Source: an uncultured archaeon (GTDB lineage: Archaea > Aenigmatarchaeota > Aenigmatarchaeia > CG10238-14 > SCSR01). Taken from it: DNA of 64,000 nucleotides. The stretch spans positions 8,923-72,922 of the forward strand of contig CAYJVM010000002.1 in the NCBI GenBank assembly GCA_964373665.1. The letters run 5' to 3'. Below the pieces are notes generated by a model. That model saw only the letters and a program-made list of their open reading frames with translations, was not told where the DNA came from and did not search any database. Made by a program: the position numbers and the translations under genes. Positions 1-10,884 of the stretch are shown piece by piece; position 1 is the stretch's first letter; each line of letters opens with the position of its first letter.

Positions 1-1
1 G

Positions 2-838
2 ACTGTGGAAGGAAAGGCTTTGGAAGAATTGAGGACGTTGCCGCAGGTGATAGGAGGAATCAACGAAAAGAGCGTCGACGAGGCCATAAAGATTTTCAGG
101 AGGACGACGCCGACGACAGTATGCGTGTCATCTCTAAAGGCTGCTGAGCTTGTAAAACTGCTTGACAACTCGTACAGGGACGTAAGGTTTGCTTATGCAG
201 AAGAGGTCGCCAACTATTGCAAGAAAGTCGGATTGGATGCGTTCGAGGTCATAAATGCTGCCAATCAAGGATATAGCAGGAACAACATACCGTCTCCAAG
301 CCCTGGTGTTGGCGGCGTCTGTCTTAACAAGGACCCTTACATATTTTTGGATTGCGCCGAGCAGGTAGGCGCTGAACTAAAGCTGGTCAAGTCGTCGCGT
401 GAGATAAACGAGAAGATGCCGCATTCGATTGCAGAAGAGATAAAGGGCTCGATGGACTTGAAAGGGAAGAAAATTCTGATCGCAGGCTTTGCCTTCAAAG
501 GTGAGCCAGAGACAAATGATGTAAGGGACAGTCCAACACTCGACCTTCTCAGACATCTGAAAGATTCTGGCGCTACTATAGTAGGCTATGACCCAGGTGT
601 TGAGCCTTGGAAGATAAAGAGCTTTGATGTGGAGCATGTGGAGCATCTGCCTTTAGGCCTAAAGGATGCGGACATTGCAATTTTCATGACGAACCACCAC
701 TCATTCAAAAATCTCTCAACAGAAGACACGTTTTCGGGGATGAATCTGGGGGCGATGGTCTACGATGGTTGGAAACTATTCAACAAGCAGAACATAGAGA
801 AGATCGGTCTCATTTACAGGGGTGTGGGTATTGGATAA
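2..838 (+). CDS. nucleotide-sugar dehydrogenase (UDP-glucose/GDP-mannose dehydrogenase family), 5'-truncated by window edge
   Basis: C-terminal UDPG/GMD dehydrogenase domain motif GFAFKGEPETNDVRDSP (family consensus GxAFKxxTDDxRxSP); ORF open to window start. Confidence 0.75.
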   Translation, partial: TVEGKALEELRTLPQVIGGINEKSVDEAIKIFRRTTPTTVCVSSLKAAELVKLLDNSYRDVRFAYAEEVANYCKKVGLDAFEVINAANQGYSRNNIPSPSPGVGGVCLNKDPYIFLDCAEQVGAELKLVKSSREINEKMPHSIAEEIKGSMDLKGKKILIAGFAFKGEPETNDVRDSPTLDLLRHLKDSGATIVGYDPGVEPWKIKSFDVEHVEHLPLGLKDADIAIFMTNHHSFKNLSTEDTFSGMNLGAMVYDGWKLFNKQNIEKIGLIYRGVGIG

Positions 839-1814
839 TGCGCTGGTTACAGGAGGATCCGGATTTTTAGGGTCCCATCTTGTCGACAGGCTAGTTTCCA
901 TGGGTGTGAAGGTCAAGGCTTTGGACAACAACTGGCGAGGCACACCAAGGAATCTGATTGACGTCGCAGACAAGATTGAATTCATAGAAGCGGACATAAG
1001 GGACTATCCGAAAATCGAGCAGGCAGCAAAAGAAGTGGATATAATTTTTAATCTCGCGTCAATACAAGGGACAAAATTCTTTTATATACATCCAGACCTA
1101 GTTACTGAAGTAGGGATTCTAGGAAACTTGAACATAGCCAGAGCCGCGATAAAGGAGAATGTTAGTAAGGTGGTCTTTACATCTTCCTCTGAAGTGTATG
1201 CCGATCCAGATGTAATCCCTACACCAGAGGATCATCCGCTGATAATACCGGACACAAGAAACCCGCGATGGGCATACTCAATGCAGAAGATTTTCGGCGA
1301 AAGCATCTTTCTTATGCATGAGAAGGATTTCGATTCCGTAATAATCCGCATCTTCAACACATACGGTCCTAGGATGGGATGGAACCATGTCATCTCAGAA
1401 TTCATCACAAGACTGGAGCTCGGCGAAAAGTTCACAATAGAAGGCACCGGAGACGAGACTAGGAGCTTCTGTTACGTGGATGACGCCATTGACGGGATAA
1501 TTCTCGCATCAACAAAGGATGAAGGTAGAAATGAAGTATTCAACATCGGGCACCCTGAGGAAATGCACATTATTGATTTGATAAGTCACTTGGAAGAAAT
1601 ATCTGGAAAGAAAATAGACCCCACCTTCGTAGACAGGCCAGACGGAAGTCCTATCAGGAGATCGCCGGACATAACTAAAGCAAAAAAACTTCTCGGCTTT
1701 AGCCCCAAAGTCGGAATACGCAAAGGGTTGGAGAAGACGTACGACTGGTACAAGCGAGAGATTAATTGGTGCAAAGAGAACGAGAAGCAAGGCCAATACT
1801 CTTGGCTGAAATGA
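822..1814 (+). CDS. NAD-dependent sugar epimerase/dehydratase (SDR family)
   Basis: N-terminal Rossmann motif VTGGSGFLGSHLVDRL, catalytic YxxxK (YSMQK); starts on GTG overlapping upstream gene. Confidence 0.75.
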   Translation: MWVLDNALVTGGSGFLGSHLVDRLVSMGVKVKALDNNWRGTPRNLIDVADKIEFIEADIRDYPKIEQAAKEVDIIFNLASIQGTKFFYIHPDLVTEVGILGNLNIARAAIKENVSKVVFTSSSEVYADPDVIPTPEDHPLIIPDTRNPRWAYSMQKIFGESIFLMHEKDFDSVIIRIFNTYGPRMGWNHVISEFITRLELGEKFTIEGTGDETRSFCYVDDAIDGIILASTKDEGRNEVFNIGHPEEMHIIDLISHLEEISGKKIDPTFVDRPDGSPIRRSPDITKAKKLLGFSPKVGIRKGLEKTYDWYKREINWCKENEKQGQYSWLK

Positions 1815-1818
1815 TTCT

Positions 1819-2697
1819 ATGCGAAAATTCATTTTCCTTAGTGTAAAGAAAATCTTCAAACCATTTCTAGGCAAGGGGTTGAGCAAATACATACCAACGT
1901 CGTTGATAAGACTCATCTACCGGGTGTCATTCTCTAAAATCCAACCTAGTGTGGCAAAAGTTGGAAACAACAAGATGGTAATCGACTCGATGGAAGCCTT
2001 CAGACTGGCACTGAACGAACAAGACGTAAGAGAGAAGCTGGAGACGGATTTCTTCAAGAAAGAGATAAAGAAGGGAATGACTGTTTTAGATCTCGGCGCC
2101 AACATGGGTTTCTACACTCTCTTGTTCGCTGAGCTGGTGGGTGGAAAAGGAAAGGTGTTTGCATTCGAGCCTGAACCCAACAACTTCTCCACTCTGGAGA
2201 AAAACGTACGTCTCAACGAATACAAAAACGTGGAGTTGGTAAAAAAAGCAGTATCTGACAAGGCGGGAGAAACTAAATTGCATCTTTCGAAAAGCATGGG
2301 TCGCCACAGGATCGATGTCCCAAATGATGCAGGCAGGTCAGTCACAATAAAGACCGTTATTTTAGACGATTTTCTGAAAGGGCAAAAGATAGACTTGATA
2401 AAGATGGACATAGAGGGTGCTGAATATATGGCACTGAAAGGCATGAAAGACTTGCTACAAAGGAACAAGAACATCAAAATCGTCACAGAGTTCATGCCTC
2501 AAGCCTTAAGTGTGTTCGGCGTCAAGCCGGAAGAGTATTTGAGGTTCTTGATGAGCCATGGCTTTATACTTTACCACATAAACGAGAAGAAAAAGAAGAT
2601 AGTGCCAGCAACGGTAGCGGAGATAATGGAAATCTGCGAAGAGTTGAAATATGTAAACATCATGTGCAAGAGGCCGGTTAAGGACGGAATGCGATAG
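1819..2697 (+). CDS. FkbM-family SAM-dependent methyltransferase
   Basis: LDLGANMGFYTLLFAELVGGKGKVFAFEPEPNNFSTLEKN matches FkbM signature. Confidence 0.7.
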   Translation: MRKFIFLSVKKIFKPFLGKGLSKYIPTSLIRLIYRVSFSKIQPSVAKVGNNKMVIDSMEAFRLALNEQDVREKLETDFFKKEIKKGMTVLDLGANMGFYTLLFAELVGGKGKVFAFEPEPNNFSTLEKNVRLNEYKNVELVKKAVSDKAGETKLHLSKSMGRHRIDVPNDAGRSVTIKTVILDDFLKGQKIDLIKMDIEGAEYMALKGMKDLLQRNKNIKIVTEFMPQALSVFGVKPEEYLRFLMSHGFILYHINEKKKKIVPATVAEIMEICEELKYVNIMCKRPVKDGMR

Positions 2698-2761
2698 ACA
2701 AAAAGTCTTTAATACCTTTACCAACATATCCAAATACATGGCATTTGGTCAGGTAGTCTAA

Positions 2762-4408
2762 ATGAATATTCTAGGTATAACACATCCTATATCGTTCAAC
2801 ACTGCGGCCGCAATCCTTGTCGACGGGGAACTGGTTGCAACGGCAGAGGAAGAACGCTTCAACCGCATCAGATATTCGCCCAGAATGATACCCGAGAACG
2901 CGATAAAGTTCGTCTTGAAAAAGGCAAACCTGACAGAGACAGATATAGACATTGTTGCACTAAGCCAGAACCCGGCAACACATTACATGAACTTCCCATT
3001 CAACTACTTAAAAGGGCTTGCCGCTAACAAGCACACACCGATACATGAAATCTATTGGTGGATGGAATGTGCAAGGATGGAACGGTATATTGAAAAATAT
3101 CTCAAGGAAAAGTTCTCCAATGCAAGGATATATCGTGTTGCCCATCACTTGTCGCACATGGCCAGTTCCGTGCTGTTCTCAGGATTCAAGGACACGACCT
3201 TTCTGACCCTTGACGGAAGAGGCGAGTTTGAATCAGGACTTTTGGGAGAATTCAAGGCTGGAAAGCTGGATATTTTCCATTCTCTCAAAGTCCAGGAGAG
3301 CCTGGGTATACTTTACGAGGAGTTCACAGTGCTTGCCGGGTTCCGAAGGCATATGGATGAGGGGAAGGTAATGGGACTGGCTCCTTATGGGACTCCTATA
3401 GAATCGCTTTTCAATCTGGTGAAGATGGATAGGAGCCACAACATAAGGATCAATTGGAAAGCATTGAGGCGAGTTAGCGCCGGACAGCTTTCTAACGATC
3501 CGACAAAGGACAAACGTAAGGATTTAGCCGCAACGGGCCAATACTTGCTCGAAGACACGGCTCTAAAACTTGTGGAGATTTTGAAAGAGAATAGCGGTTC
3601 AAGAAATATATGTCTGGCTGGTGGAGTGGCATTGAACATAGACATGAACAGCAAGATTCTGAATTCCGGCAATTTTGACGACATATTCATACAGCCGGCG
3701 TCTTCCGATGCTGGATGCGCGCTAGGCGCGGCAGGCTATGCTTACTTTAAAGAAACAGGCAAACTACCAAGGCCTCCGATGGATCATGCATACTGGGGTG
3801 CTGAATACAGCGACAGCGAAATCAAAGCCACACTGGATAAACTGAAGATCAAGAATTACACGCACCTAGACAGTTCTCAGATACCCGCGACGGCAGCGGA
3901 GCTGATAGCGAAGGGGAACATAATTGCATGGTTCCAGGGGAGATTCGAGCTTGGACCAAGAGCACTCGGAGCCAGAAGCTTTCTGGCAAATCCCGGCAAG
4001 GCAGACATGTGGAAAATCATGAACGATACAAAAGGAAGGGAATACTGGCGACCGCTCGCGCCGTCAATGCTTGAAGAGGATGCAGGAGACTTCCTAGAGA
4101 ACTCACACGACTCCAAGTTCATGCTCCTGTCATTCAAGGTGAAGGAGGAAAAGAGGAAACAGATACAAGCCGTGACACATGTGGATGGAACAACACGGCC
4201 GCAGACAGTCTCCAAAGGCACGAACAAAATCTACTGGTCCACAATCAAGGAAGTGGAAAAGATTACAGGAGTCCCGGTCGTCATCAATACCAGCCTGAAC
4301 TTGAGGGGTGACCCCATAGCTAACACTCCGGAAGATTGCATCAGGACTTTCTTTGGTTCAGGCACCGACAATGCCGTGATAGGAAATTATTTGTTGAGCA
4401 AAATATGA
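2762..4408 (+). CDS. carbamoyltransferase (NodU/CmcH/TobZ family)
   Basis: N-terminus MNILGITHPISFNTAAAILVDGELVATAEEERFNRIRY typical of NodU-type O-carbamoyltransferases; size 548 aa. Confidence 0.75.
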   Translation: MNILGITHPISFNTAAAILVDGELVATAEEERFNRIRYSPRMIPENAIKFVLKKANLTETDIDIVALSQNPATHYMNFPFNYLKGLAANKHTPIHEIYWWMECARMERYIEKYLKEKFSNARIYRVAHHLSHMASSVLFSGFKDTTFLTLDGRGEFESGLLGEFKAGKLDIFHSLKVQESLGILYEEFTVLAGFRRHMDEGKVMGLAPYGTPIESLFNLVKMDRSHNIRINWKALRRVSAGQLSNDPTKDKRKDLAATGQYLLEDTALKLVEILKENSGSRNICLAGGVALNIDMNSKILNSGNFDDIFIQPASSDAGCALGAAGYAYFKETGKLPRPPMDHAYWGAEYSDSEIKATLDKLKIKNYTHLDSSQIPATAAELIAKGNIIAWFQGRFELGPRALGARSFLANPGKADMWKIMNDTKGREYWRPLAPSMLEEDAGDFLENSHDSKFMLLSFKVKEEKRKQIQAVTHVDGTTRPQTVSKGTNKIYWSTIKEVEKITGVPVVINTSLNLRGDPIANTPEDCIRTFFGSGTDNAVIGNYLLSKI

Positions 4409-5283
4409 AAAAGGAACCTCTAGTATCGCTGGTAATCCCGAGCTACAACGGGAAGGAGATGACTGTAAAGCTGTTGGAGTCGCTCAAGAAAACTAGATAC
4501 AATAATCTTGATGTTGTAGTAGTGGACAACGGCTCCGCCGATGGATGTTATGAGTATGTAAAGAAACATTTTCATCATGTCAAGGTATTGAAGCTTGAGG
4601 TAAATCAGGGATTTACAGGCGGTGCGAATTACGGGATTAAGAATACTGAAGGCGAGTACATAGTCATGATGAACAACGACATGATACTGGATCCTGATTG
4701 GCTTACGGAACTTGTGAAAGTGGCGAATTCTGATAAAAGAATCGGGATAGTTGCAAGCGCATTTTTGAATGATGACGGGACTATAGACAGGTTGGGGTAT
4801 GTTGAAAGCGGGGGATTGGTGCTCAAGTTCAAACCATTACACAGGAATGCCGTATACAGAAACCAGTTCCCACCTGTGCTGCAAGTCGACCATGCTTTCG
4901 GGCTGGTGAAGAGAGAGGTGCTGGATAAAATAGGTGTGTTTGATGACAAGCACTTCATTTATTGGGAAGACGTCGACTTGTGTTACCGCGCAAGAAAAGC
5001 TGGATTCACGACTGTGATAGCAACGCGCTCGAAAATCTTTCATAAAAAGTCTCAGACTATGAAGCGCTTCCCATACATTAGAACATACCATTATCATAAG
5101 AATAAAATCCGTTTCATAATGAAGAACATGAGCATGCTTAGGAAGATAGTAAATATACCTTTGACTATATTGCAGTTGATTGGGGAAAGCATTGTGTTCG
5201 TCTTGAAAGGCGAATTCAGGAATTCGCTGGCAATATACAGAGCCATGATATGGAACATTAAGAATTTAAGGGACTATCTGTAA
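4405..5283 (+). CDS. glycosyltransferase family 2
   Basis: LVSLVIPSYNGKE...DVVVVDNGSADG motifs; start moved to ATG 4405, whose ATGA overlaps the upstream stop. Confidence 0.75.
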   Translation: MKKEPLVSLVIPSYNGKEMTVKLLESLKKTRYNNLDVVVVDNGSADGCYEYVKKHFHHVKVLKLEVNQGFTGGANYGIKNTEGEYIVMMNNDMILDPDWLTELVKVANSDKRIGIVASAFLNDDGTIDRLGYVESGGLVLKFKPLHRNAVYRNQFPPVLQVDHAFGLVKREVLDKIGVFDDKHFIYWEDVDLCYRARKAGFTTVIATRSKIFHKKSQTMKRFPYIRTYHYHKNKIRFIMKNMSMLRKIVNIPLTILQLIGESIVFVLKGEFRNSLAIYRAMIWNIKNLRDYL

Positions 5284-6080
5284 TGCTTAAATACGTGAAC
5301 AAAACCTTTGATAATATGAAAGTCGTTATTTGGTGCGGTGGCAGGGGTACGCGCTTGAATGAGCTTACGGATATCGTACCCAAACCGATAATCCAAATAG
5401 GGGGCAAGCCTATACTCTGGCACCTAATGAAGACTTACTCTCATTTTGGATTCAAGGAATTCGTTCTGTGCTTGGGATACAAGGGTGAAATGATCAAGGA
5501 TTATTTCCTCAACTATCACCTTATAGCGAACGACTTTACCAAGTTACTAGGATCAAACTCACCGCAGGTGCATTCGGAAGACACAGAAGAGTGGAAGATA
5601 ACTTTTGCTGACACCGGACTGGATACACTGACCGGTGAGAGGTTATTGCGTGTAAAGAAATTCGTAGAGGACGACGCCATCTTCATGGCCACTTATGGTG
5701 ACGGACTTGCGAACGTCGACATCAAAGCGATGCTGGAGTTCCACAAAAAGACCGGAAAGATAGCGACGATAACTGGAGGGCATCCATATTCAAAATGGGG
5801 AATGATAGAGACGGGTCCTAACAACATCGTCAAGTCATTCCGGCAAAAACCTGTCTTCACCGATTACATCAACATAGGCTTTATGGTTTTCAACAAGGAA
5901 ATTTTCGACTATCTCAAGACAGGTATCGAGATAGAGGAAGTTTTCATCGAGCTGGTTAAACAAGGACAGGTTGCAATGTTTCGCCATGACGGTTTCTTCC
6001 ATGCGATGGACACTTACAGGGATTTCCTTGAATTTAACCAGATGTGGAAGTCGAATAATGCGCCCTGGAAGATATGGTGA
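5283..6080 (+). CDS. rfbF: glucose-1-phosphate cytidylyltransferase (CDP-glucose pyrophosphorylase-like)
   Basis: MKVVIWCGGRGTRLNELTDIVPKPIIQIGGKPILWHLMKTYSHFGFKEFVLCLGYKGEMIKDYF matches RfbF family. Confidence 0.75.
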   Translation: MLKYVNKTFDNMKVVIWCGGRGTRLNELTDIVPKPIIQIGGKPILWHLMKTYSHFGFKEFVLCLGYKGEMIKDYFLNYHLIANDFTKLLGSNSPQVHSEDTEEWKITFADTGLDTLTGERLLRVKKFVEDDAIFMATYGDGLANVDIKAMLEFHKKTGKIATITGGHPYSKWGMIETGPNNIVKSFRQKPVFTDYINIGFMVFNKEIFDYLKTGIEIEEVFIELVKQGQVAMFRHDGFFHAMDTYRDFLEFNQMWKSNNAPWKIW

Positions 6081-6081
6081 G

Positions 6082-7431
6082 CTATCCCAATCCCACACCG
6101 ATGTATTTTACATCCTTACCGTCAAATATACTGGAATCTAACATTCTCCTACAGTCAACCACGACAGGTGTCTTCATCCAAGCTTTCATCATGTCAGGAG
6201 TTAAAGACTTGAATTCTCCCCACTTGGTGACCAGAAGACACGCATCGCTTCCCTTAAGCGAGTTCTGCAAAGAATCCGAATAAATAACTTCATCTTTCAA
6301 CAGTACCCTGGTGTTTTCCATTGCAACAGGGTCATATATCTTAACGTTCGCGCCCTTCTCCAACAGCATCCTGATTATCTCGATAGATGGCGAGCTTCTT
6401 ATGTCGTCCGTATCGGGTTTGAATGCGGTGCCAAGGACCGTTATAGTCTTGCCACTCAAGTTTCCGATGGCATTCTCAAGTGCAATCACCATCTTCTTAG
6501 GCCTCTCGTTGTTTATGTCTATGATCGACTTTACCATCTTCGGATCAAGTCCAATGTCCTCAGCAAACTTGGCTAACGCCAAAATGTCCTTCGGCAAGCA
6601 AGATCCGCCGAAACCAGGTCCGGGAGAAATGTACGAAAGTATTCCTGGGAAAACCTTTGCATTGCCTATCTTCGGCGACAGCCTGCCGTCGTGGTACAGT
6701 CCTTCCAACACTGGGTTCATATCCACTCCCACGCTTTCGCATATATCTGCAATCTCGTTGGAAAAAGATATCATCAAACCGAGGAAAGTGTTGTTGACGT
6801 ACTTTATCATCTCTGCGGTCTCAAGGGTTGTAATTATCATCTTCGAATTGAAAGGATTGTAAAGCTCGTCCAAAGCTTCGCCACTCTTCTCGTCAAATGT
6901 CCCGACGACTATTCTATCGGGCTTGATAAAGTCTTCGAGTGCGTGGCCCTCGCGAAGGAATTCAGGATTCACAGCAATCCCAAAATCTTCTCCTGCTTTC
7001 TTCCCAGACGTTCTTTCTAGAACAGGTATGATGAACTTTCTTGTCGTTGTCGGCACCACAGTACTCTTCACAACTATAGTGTGATAAGAATCCTTCGACT
7101 TGAGGATATTTCCTACTGCAGCCATAGCATCCTCTATCTGCGAAAGGTCTATCCTTCCATCCTCACGTGAATAAGTACCGACGCACACCATCGTGACGTT
7201 GGTATTCTTTACCGCATGTTCAATATCGGAAGTTATCTGAAACTTGTTGTTCACTAGCTTTGCCAGAAAATCATCCAAGTTCTTTTCATGTATCGTCGAT
7301 TTACCTTGCCTTATCAAATCAACCTTCTCTTTTGTCCTTTCGACGCATATGACATCGAACCCCCTGTATGCCAGGCCGACTCCTGTGACCAATCCGGCAT
7401 ATCCTGCACCTATTATAGAAACTTTCACCAT
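6082..7431 (-). CDS. UDP-glucose 6-dehydrogenase / nucleotide-sugar dehydrogenase
   Basis: N-terminal VSIIGAGYAGLVTG Rossmann fold; C-terminal GTAFKPDTDDIRSSP; start set at internal Met (MVKVSIIG). Confidence 0.8.
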   Translation of the reverse strand: MVKVSIIGAGYAGLVTGVGLAYRGFDVICVERTKEKVDLIRQGKSTIHEKNLDDFLAKLVNNKFQITSDIEHAVKNTNVTMVCVGTYSREDGRIDLSQIEDAMAAVGNILKSKDSYHTIVVKSTVVPTTTRKFIIPVLERTSGKKAGEDFGIAVNPEFLREGHALEDFIKPDRIVVGTFDEKSGEALDELYNPFNSKMIITTLETAEMIKYVNNTFLGLMISFSNEIADICESVGVDMNPVLEGLYHDGRLSPKIGNAKVFPGILSYISPGPGFGGSCLPKDILALAKFAEDIGLDPKMVKSIIDINNERPKKMVIALENAIGNLSGKTITVLGTAFKPDTDDIRSSPSIEIIRMLLEKGANVKIYDPVAMENTRVLLKDEVIYSDSLQNSLKGSDACLLVTKWGEFKSLTPDMMKAWMKTPVVVDCRRMLDSSIFDGKDVKYIGVGLG

Positions 7432-7435
7432 GGAA

Positions 7436-8494
7436 TCATCCCGCACTCAAGACATGCTTGTACCAGTCTATCATTATTGATATCCCTCTATCCAAGCTAA
7501 CTGATGGGGTATATCCAACCACACCTTTCAGTTTCCCCAAGTCTGGACACCTTCTCTGCGGATTATCGACAGTATAGTCCTTGTCTGAATGGACTCGAAA
7601 TGTTACATCTACACCTTCTATCTTTCTCTGAACAAGTCTCGCAAGATCTAGCATGCTTATCTCCTTGTCGTTTCCAACGTTAAACTCCTCTCCTTTGTAA
7701 TCAGAAAGAAGAATTCTAAAGAATCCAATTATGGCGTCAGAGATGTAGCAAAAACTTCTTGTAGGCTTGCCGTCGCTGTAAAGCACTATCTCCTTATTCG
7801 TAATCGCTCCGCTCACAATGTCAGACACCACTCTTCCATCATTCGGCTTTATCCCAGGTCCGTAGACATTGAACGGCCTTGCTATATTGACAGGCAGCCC
7901 AAACTGGCGGAAGTAAGTCATGCACAGAGTTTCTCCCACTCTCTTCGACTCGTCATATGACGCACGTGGACCCGTGCATGAGACATTTCCCCTATAATTT
8001 TCCTTCGTCGGTATCTTTTCTGGCGGAGGGTCTCCGTATATCTCGCTGCTGCTGAGATAAAGAAAACCTTTGGCGTTGTCAGATTTTGCTATGTCAAGCA
8101 GATTCTTAGTCCCGTAAACATTCACTAGAATTGTCTGTAACGGGTATTTCCTGTAGACGATAGGCGACGCTATGCTTGCAGAATGAATTATGAAATCTAC
8201 CTTCTCGCCTAAAGACAAAACCTCTGATATGTCACTTTGTATTACTTTCAAGTTCTCAGTTGTGATGAACTCTGGAATATCAGTATTGACTTTCCCGTCT
8301 ATTACAATGACTCTGCAAGGTTTGGAAAAATAATTCTGGTTCAGGTACAAGAGCGTGTTGACTAAATACTTGCCTATAAATCCGTATCCGCCAGCCACTA
8401 AGACAGTAGTTCCTTCAAATCGTCTGGCCAAATCCTTTATGTCTTCGCATATGGTTTTCAGGTCATTTGACACGATAGGATGGATGACATTCAT
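7436..8494 (-). CDS. UDP-glucuronate decarboxylase-like SDR (UXS family)
   Basis: TVLVAGGYGFIGKYLV Rossmann fold; YDESKRVGETLC resembles UXS catalytic YDEGKRVAET. Confidence 0.65.
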   Translation of the reverse strand: MNVIHPIVSNDLKTICEDIKDLARRFEGTTVLVAGGYGFIGKYLVNTLLYLNQNYFSKPCRVIVIDGKVNTDIPEFITTENLKVIQSDISEVLSLGEKVDFIIHSASIASPIVYRKYPLQTILVNVYGTKNLLDIAKSDNAKGFLYLSSSEIYGDPPPEKIPTKENYRGNVSCTGPRASYDESKRVGETLCMTYFRQFGLPVNIARPFNVYGPGIKPNDGRVVSDIVSGAITNKEIVLYSDGKPTRSFCYISDAIIGFFRILLSDYKGEEFNVGNDKEISMLDLARLVQRKIEGVDVTFRVHSDKDYTVDNPQRRCPDLGKLKGVVGYTPSVSLDRGISIMIDWYKHVLSAG

Positions 8495-8558
8495 ACAAAC
8501 TTTTAAGGATTAAAATCTTTTAAGTTTATGCATTATCGAAACTTTATAAAATCGAATC

Positions 8559-9854
8559 ATGCTTATGTATCTTATAAAAACGGAAGTAATTATGTATCCA
8601 GAACACCATCTCGTAAAGAGTGGACATATAAGCAGATGCCAGGCTTGCAATTCTGATAAGTTGCATATGATCCTTGATCTAGGACATCAACCACTTTGTG
8701 ACACTCTTCTGACAAAGGAAATGCTAAACGGCCCTGAGACGATGTTTCCATTGAGGATGCAATGGTGTGAAGAGTGCTCATTGGTGCAGATCGACTATTG
8801 CGTCGACGGCAATGTGGTTTATCATTCTAGTTATCCCTATAGGACAGGCATAACGAAGGAACTTGTGGAATATCTTGAAGACATGAGCAAGTCACTTGTA
8901 GCCAAGTACGAATTGAATCCTGGTAATCTTGTGGTTGATATAGGGTCTAACGACGGTACGTTATTGAATGGGTTTAAGAAACAGGGAATGGAGGTCATTG
9001 GTGTCGAGCCGACTGATGTCGCCAAGATCGCAATAGAAAACGGCATTGAAACCATCCAAGAATTCTTCGACATCAAGTCTACTGAAAAAATAAAGGAGAA
9101 ATACGACAGGGCATCATTGATAGTGGCGACGAACATGTTTGCGCACATGGCCACAATAGGAGAGGTCATCGTAGGAATAGAGAACCTATTGAAGGACGAC
9201 GGTGTTTTCGTGTCTGAAACTCATTATTTGTTGGATGTCCTCCAAGGAGGACAGTTCGATACAATCTATCACGAGCATCTTAGGACATATTCCTTGAAAT
9301 CGCTGATTAAGATTTTCAGCTATTATAACTTCACAGTCACCGATGTGGAAAGGGGGAACAGGTATGGCGGAAACATAAGAGTACATGTGACCAAAGGGAA
9401 AGGTAGGCCAGTCAATCCGAACGTGAACAACCTACTGGAGCTGGAAGAGAAATTCGGCCTTAGCGATTTGGAGACTTACAACAAATTCGCGGAGCGTGTG
9501 AAGAAAGCGAAGAAAGATTTCATGGATTTTATGATAAAGCTCAAAAATGAAGGCAAAAGCGTCGTTGGAAACTCATGTCCCGGTCGTTGCGTCACGTTGC
9601 TGAACTATTATGGCGTAGATAAGGAAATGTTGCCATACATAGCAGAGCAACCGACCTCCTTGAAATCGGGTCTGTACCTGCCAGGCAAGCACATACCTAT
9701 TGTAAACAATGAAAGGCTAATAAAAGAACAGCCTGATTATGTGATTCTCCTGGCTTGGCATTATGCGCAACCTATAATGGAACAGTTGAAAGCGAGAGGA
9801 TTAAAGTCTAATTTTATAATACCATTGCCGGATTTCAAGGTTGTGAAGAATTAA
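8559..9854 (+). CDS. NDP-hexose C-methyltransferase-like (TylCIII family)
   Basis: N-terminal Zn-ribbon CQAC...CxxC followed by class I SAM MTase fold and C-terminal C-methyltransferase domain; alternative start ATG 8592. Confidence 0.6.
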   Translation: MLMYLIKTEVIMYPEHHLVKSGHISRCQACNSDKLHMILDLGHQPLCDTLLTKEMLNGPETMFPLRMQWCEECSLVQIDYCVDGNVVYHSSYPYRTGITKELVEYLEDMSKSLVAKYELNPGNLVVDIGSNDGTLLNGFKKQGMEVIGVEPTDVAKIAIENGIETIQEFFDIKSTEKIKEKYDRASLIVATNMFAHMATIGEVIVGIENLLKDDGVFVSETHYLLDVLQGGQFDTIYHEHLRTYSLKSLIKIFSYYNFTVTDVERGNRYGGNIRVHVTKGKGRPVNPNVNNLLELEEKFGLSDLETYNKFAERVKKAKKDFMDFMIKLKNEGKSVVGNSCPGRCVTLLNYYGVDKEMLPYIAEQPTSLKSGLYLPGKHIPIVNNERLIKEQPDYVILLAWHYAQPIMEQLKARGLKSNFIIPLPDFKVVKN

Positions 9855-9855
9855 C

Positions 9856-10884
9856 ATGACTGTGAAAGTAGCCATAGTTGGTTCAGGTTTCGGCATGTAC
9901 GGATTGATGCCGGCGTTTTCTGGTGTCGACGGTTGCAAAGTGGTGAGCATCTGTGCGAAAAAATCAGCCAGACTGCTAAAGTCTTGTGAAGTGCTCGGGG
10001 TCGAAAGGACATATAATGATTGGAAACAGATGTTGCAGAGAGAAAAACCGGATGCAGTGGCGATAGCTGTAGTACCAAAACATCAATATGAAATAGCTAA
10101 ATATGCGCTGGAAAATGGCATAGCTGTCTTTGCGGAAAAACCACTAACGACATCTAGAGACACATCTCTAGATTTGTACAGCATTGCAAAAAAAAGCAGC
10201 CTACCGAACATGGTCGATTTCCTATTCCCAGAAATTCAAGAATGGATCATGGCAAAGAAGACGATTGAATCTGGGAAGATAGGCAAGGTCATTAGCATCA
10301 ATGTCATCTGGAATCTTTTGAGCTATGACATAAAGAACAATATCAAGTCTTGGAAGACTGACGTTAGAGAGGGTGGAGGCGCTCTCATGTTTTTCGTCTC
10401 TCATGTGTTTTACTATCTGGAATACTTCATGGGTAGAATCAAGAATATCGAGTGTAGGATGACAGCTTCTTCGAAAAGCGCGAACAACGGAGATACTGTA
10501 GTTGATCTGATTGTCTTGTTCGAGAACGGTTGCGTTGGCAATGTTCATGTAAATATATCTTACATCGGCCAGCGAAAACATGCCATAGAGTTCCAAGGAG
10601 AAGAAGGCATGCTGGTACTGCAAAATTATTCGGATGATTTTGTAGACAACTTTGAATTGATTTTAAGCACACATGACAGTAGCAAGAAGATAGAATCAAC
10701 TGGAACTGAATCACAAAGCGACTTGGAAGACTCTAGGGTAAAAGTTGTCAGATCAATTGCCGATCGTTTCATAGAATGGTGTGCAGGAGGTGTTGCATCC
10801 AAGCCTGACTTTGAGGATGGGTTGCGAGTTCAAGAACTCATCGAGGCGGCAAGACAGAGTTCAGAAAAAAGTGGCGTGGAATAA
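9856..10884 (+). CDS. Gfo/Idh/MocA-family sugar oxidoreductase
   Basis: VKVAIVGSGFGMYGLMPAF N-terminal Rossmann fold; family-typical length. Confidence 0.7.
   Translation: MTVKVAIVGSGFGMYGLMPAFSGVDGCKVVSICAKKSARLLKSCEVLGVERTYNDWKQMLQREKPDAVAIAVVPKHQYEIAKYALENGIAVFAEKPLTTSRDTSLDLYSIAKKSSLPNMVDFLFPEIQEWIMAKKTIESGKIGKVISINVIWNLLSYDIKNNIKSWKTDVREGGGALMFFVSHVFYYLEYFMGRIKNIECRMTASSKSANNGDTVVDLIVLFENGCVGNVHVNISYIGQRKHAIEFQGEEGMLVLQNYSDDFVDNFELILSTHDSSKKIESTGTESQSDLEDSRVKVVRSIADRFIEWCAGGVASKPDFEDGLRVQELIEAARQSSEKSGVE

Noticed and set aside
377-646. Short antisense ORFs throughout the track (for example 377-646, 1232-1447, 6311-6862, 26787-27057, 43213-43437) lying inside long well-supported genes
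   Set aside because: Shadow ORFs opposite conserved coding frames. No motifs, typical of spurious six-frame calls.
4336-4404. Upstream 23-codon extension of the GT2 ORF (MHQDFLWFRHRQCRDRK...)
   Set aside because: Overlaps the carbamoyltransferase C-terminus. The conserved GT2 N-terminus begins at ATG 4405, which overlaps the upstream stop (ATGA).
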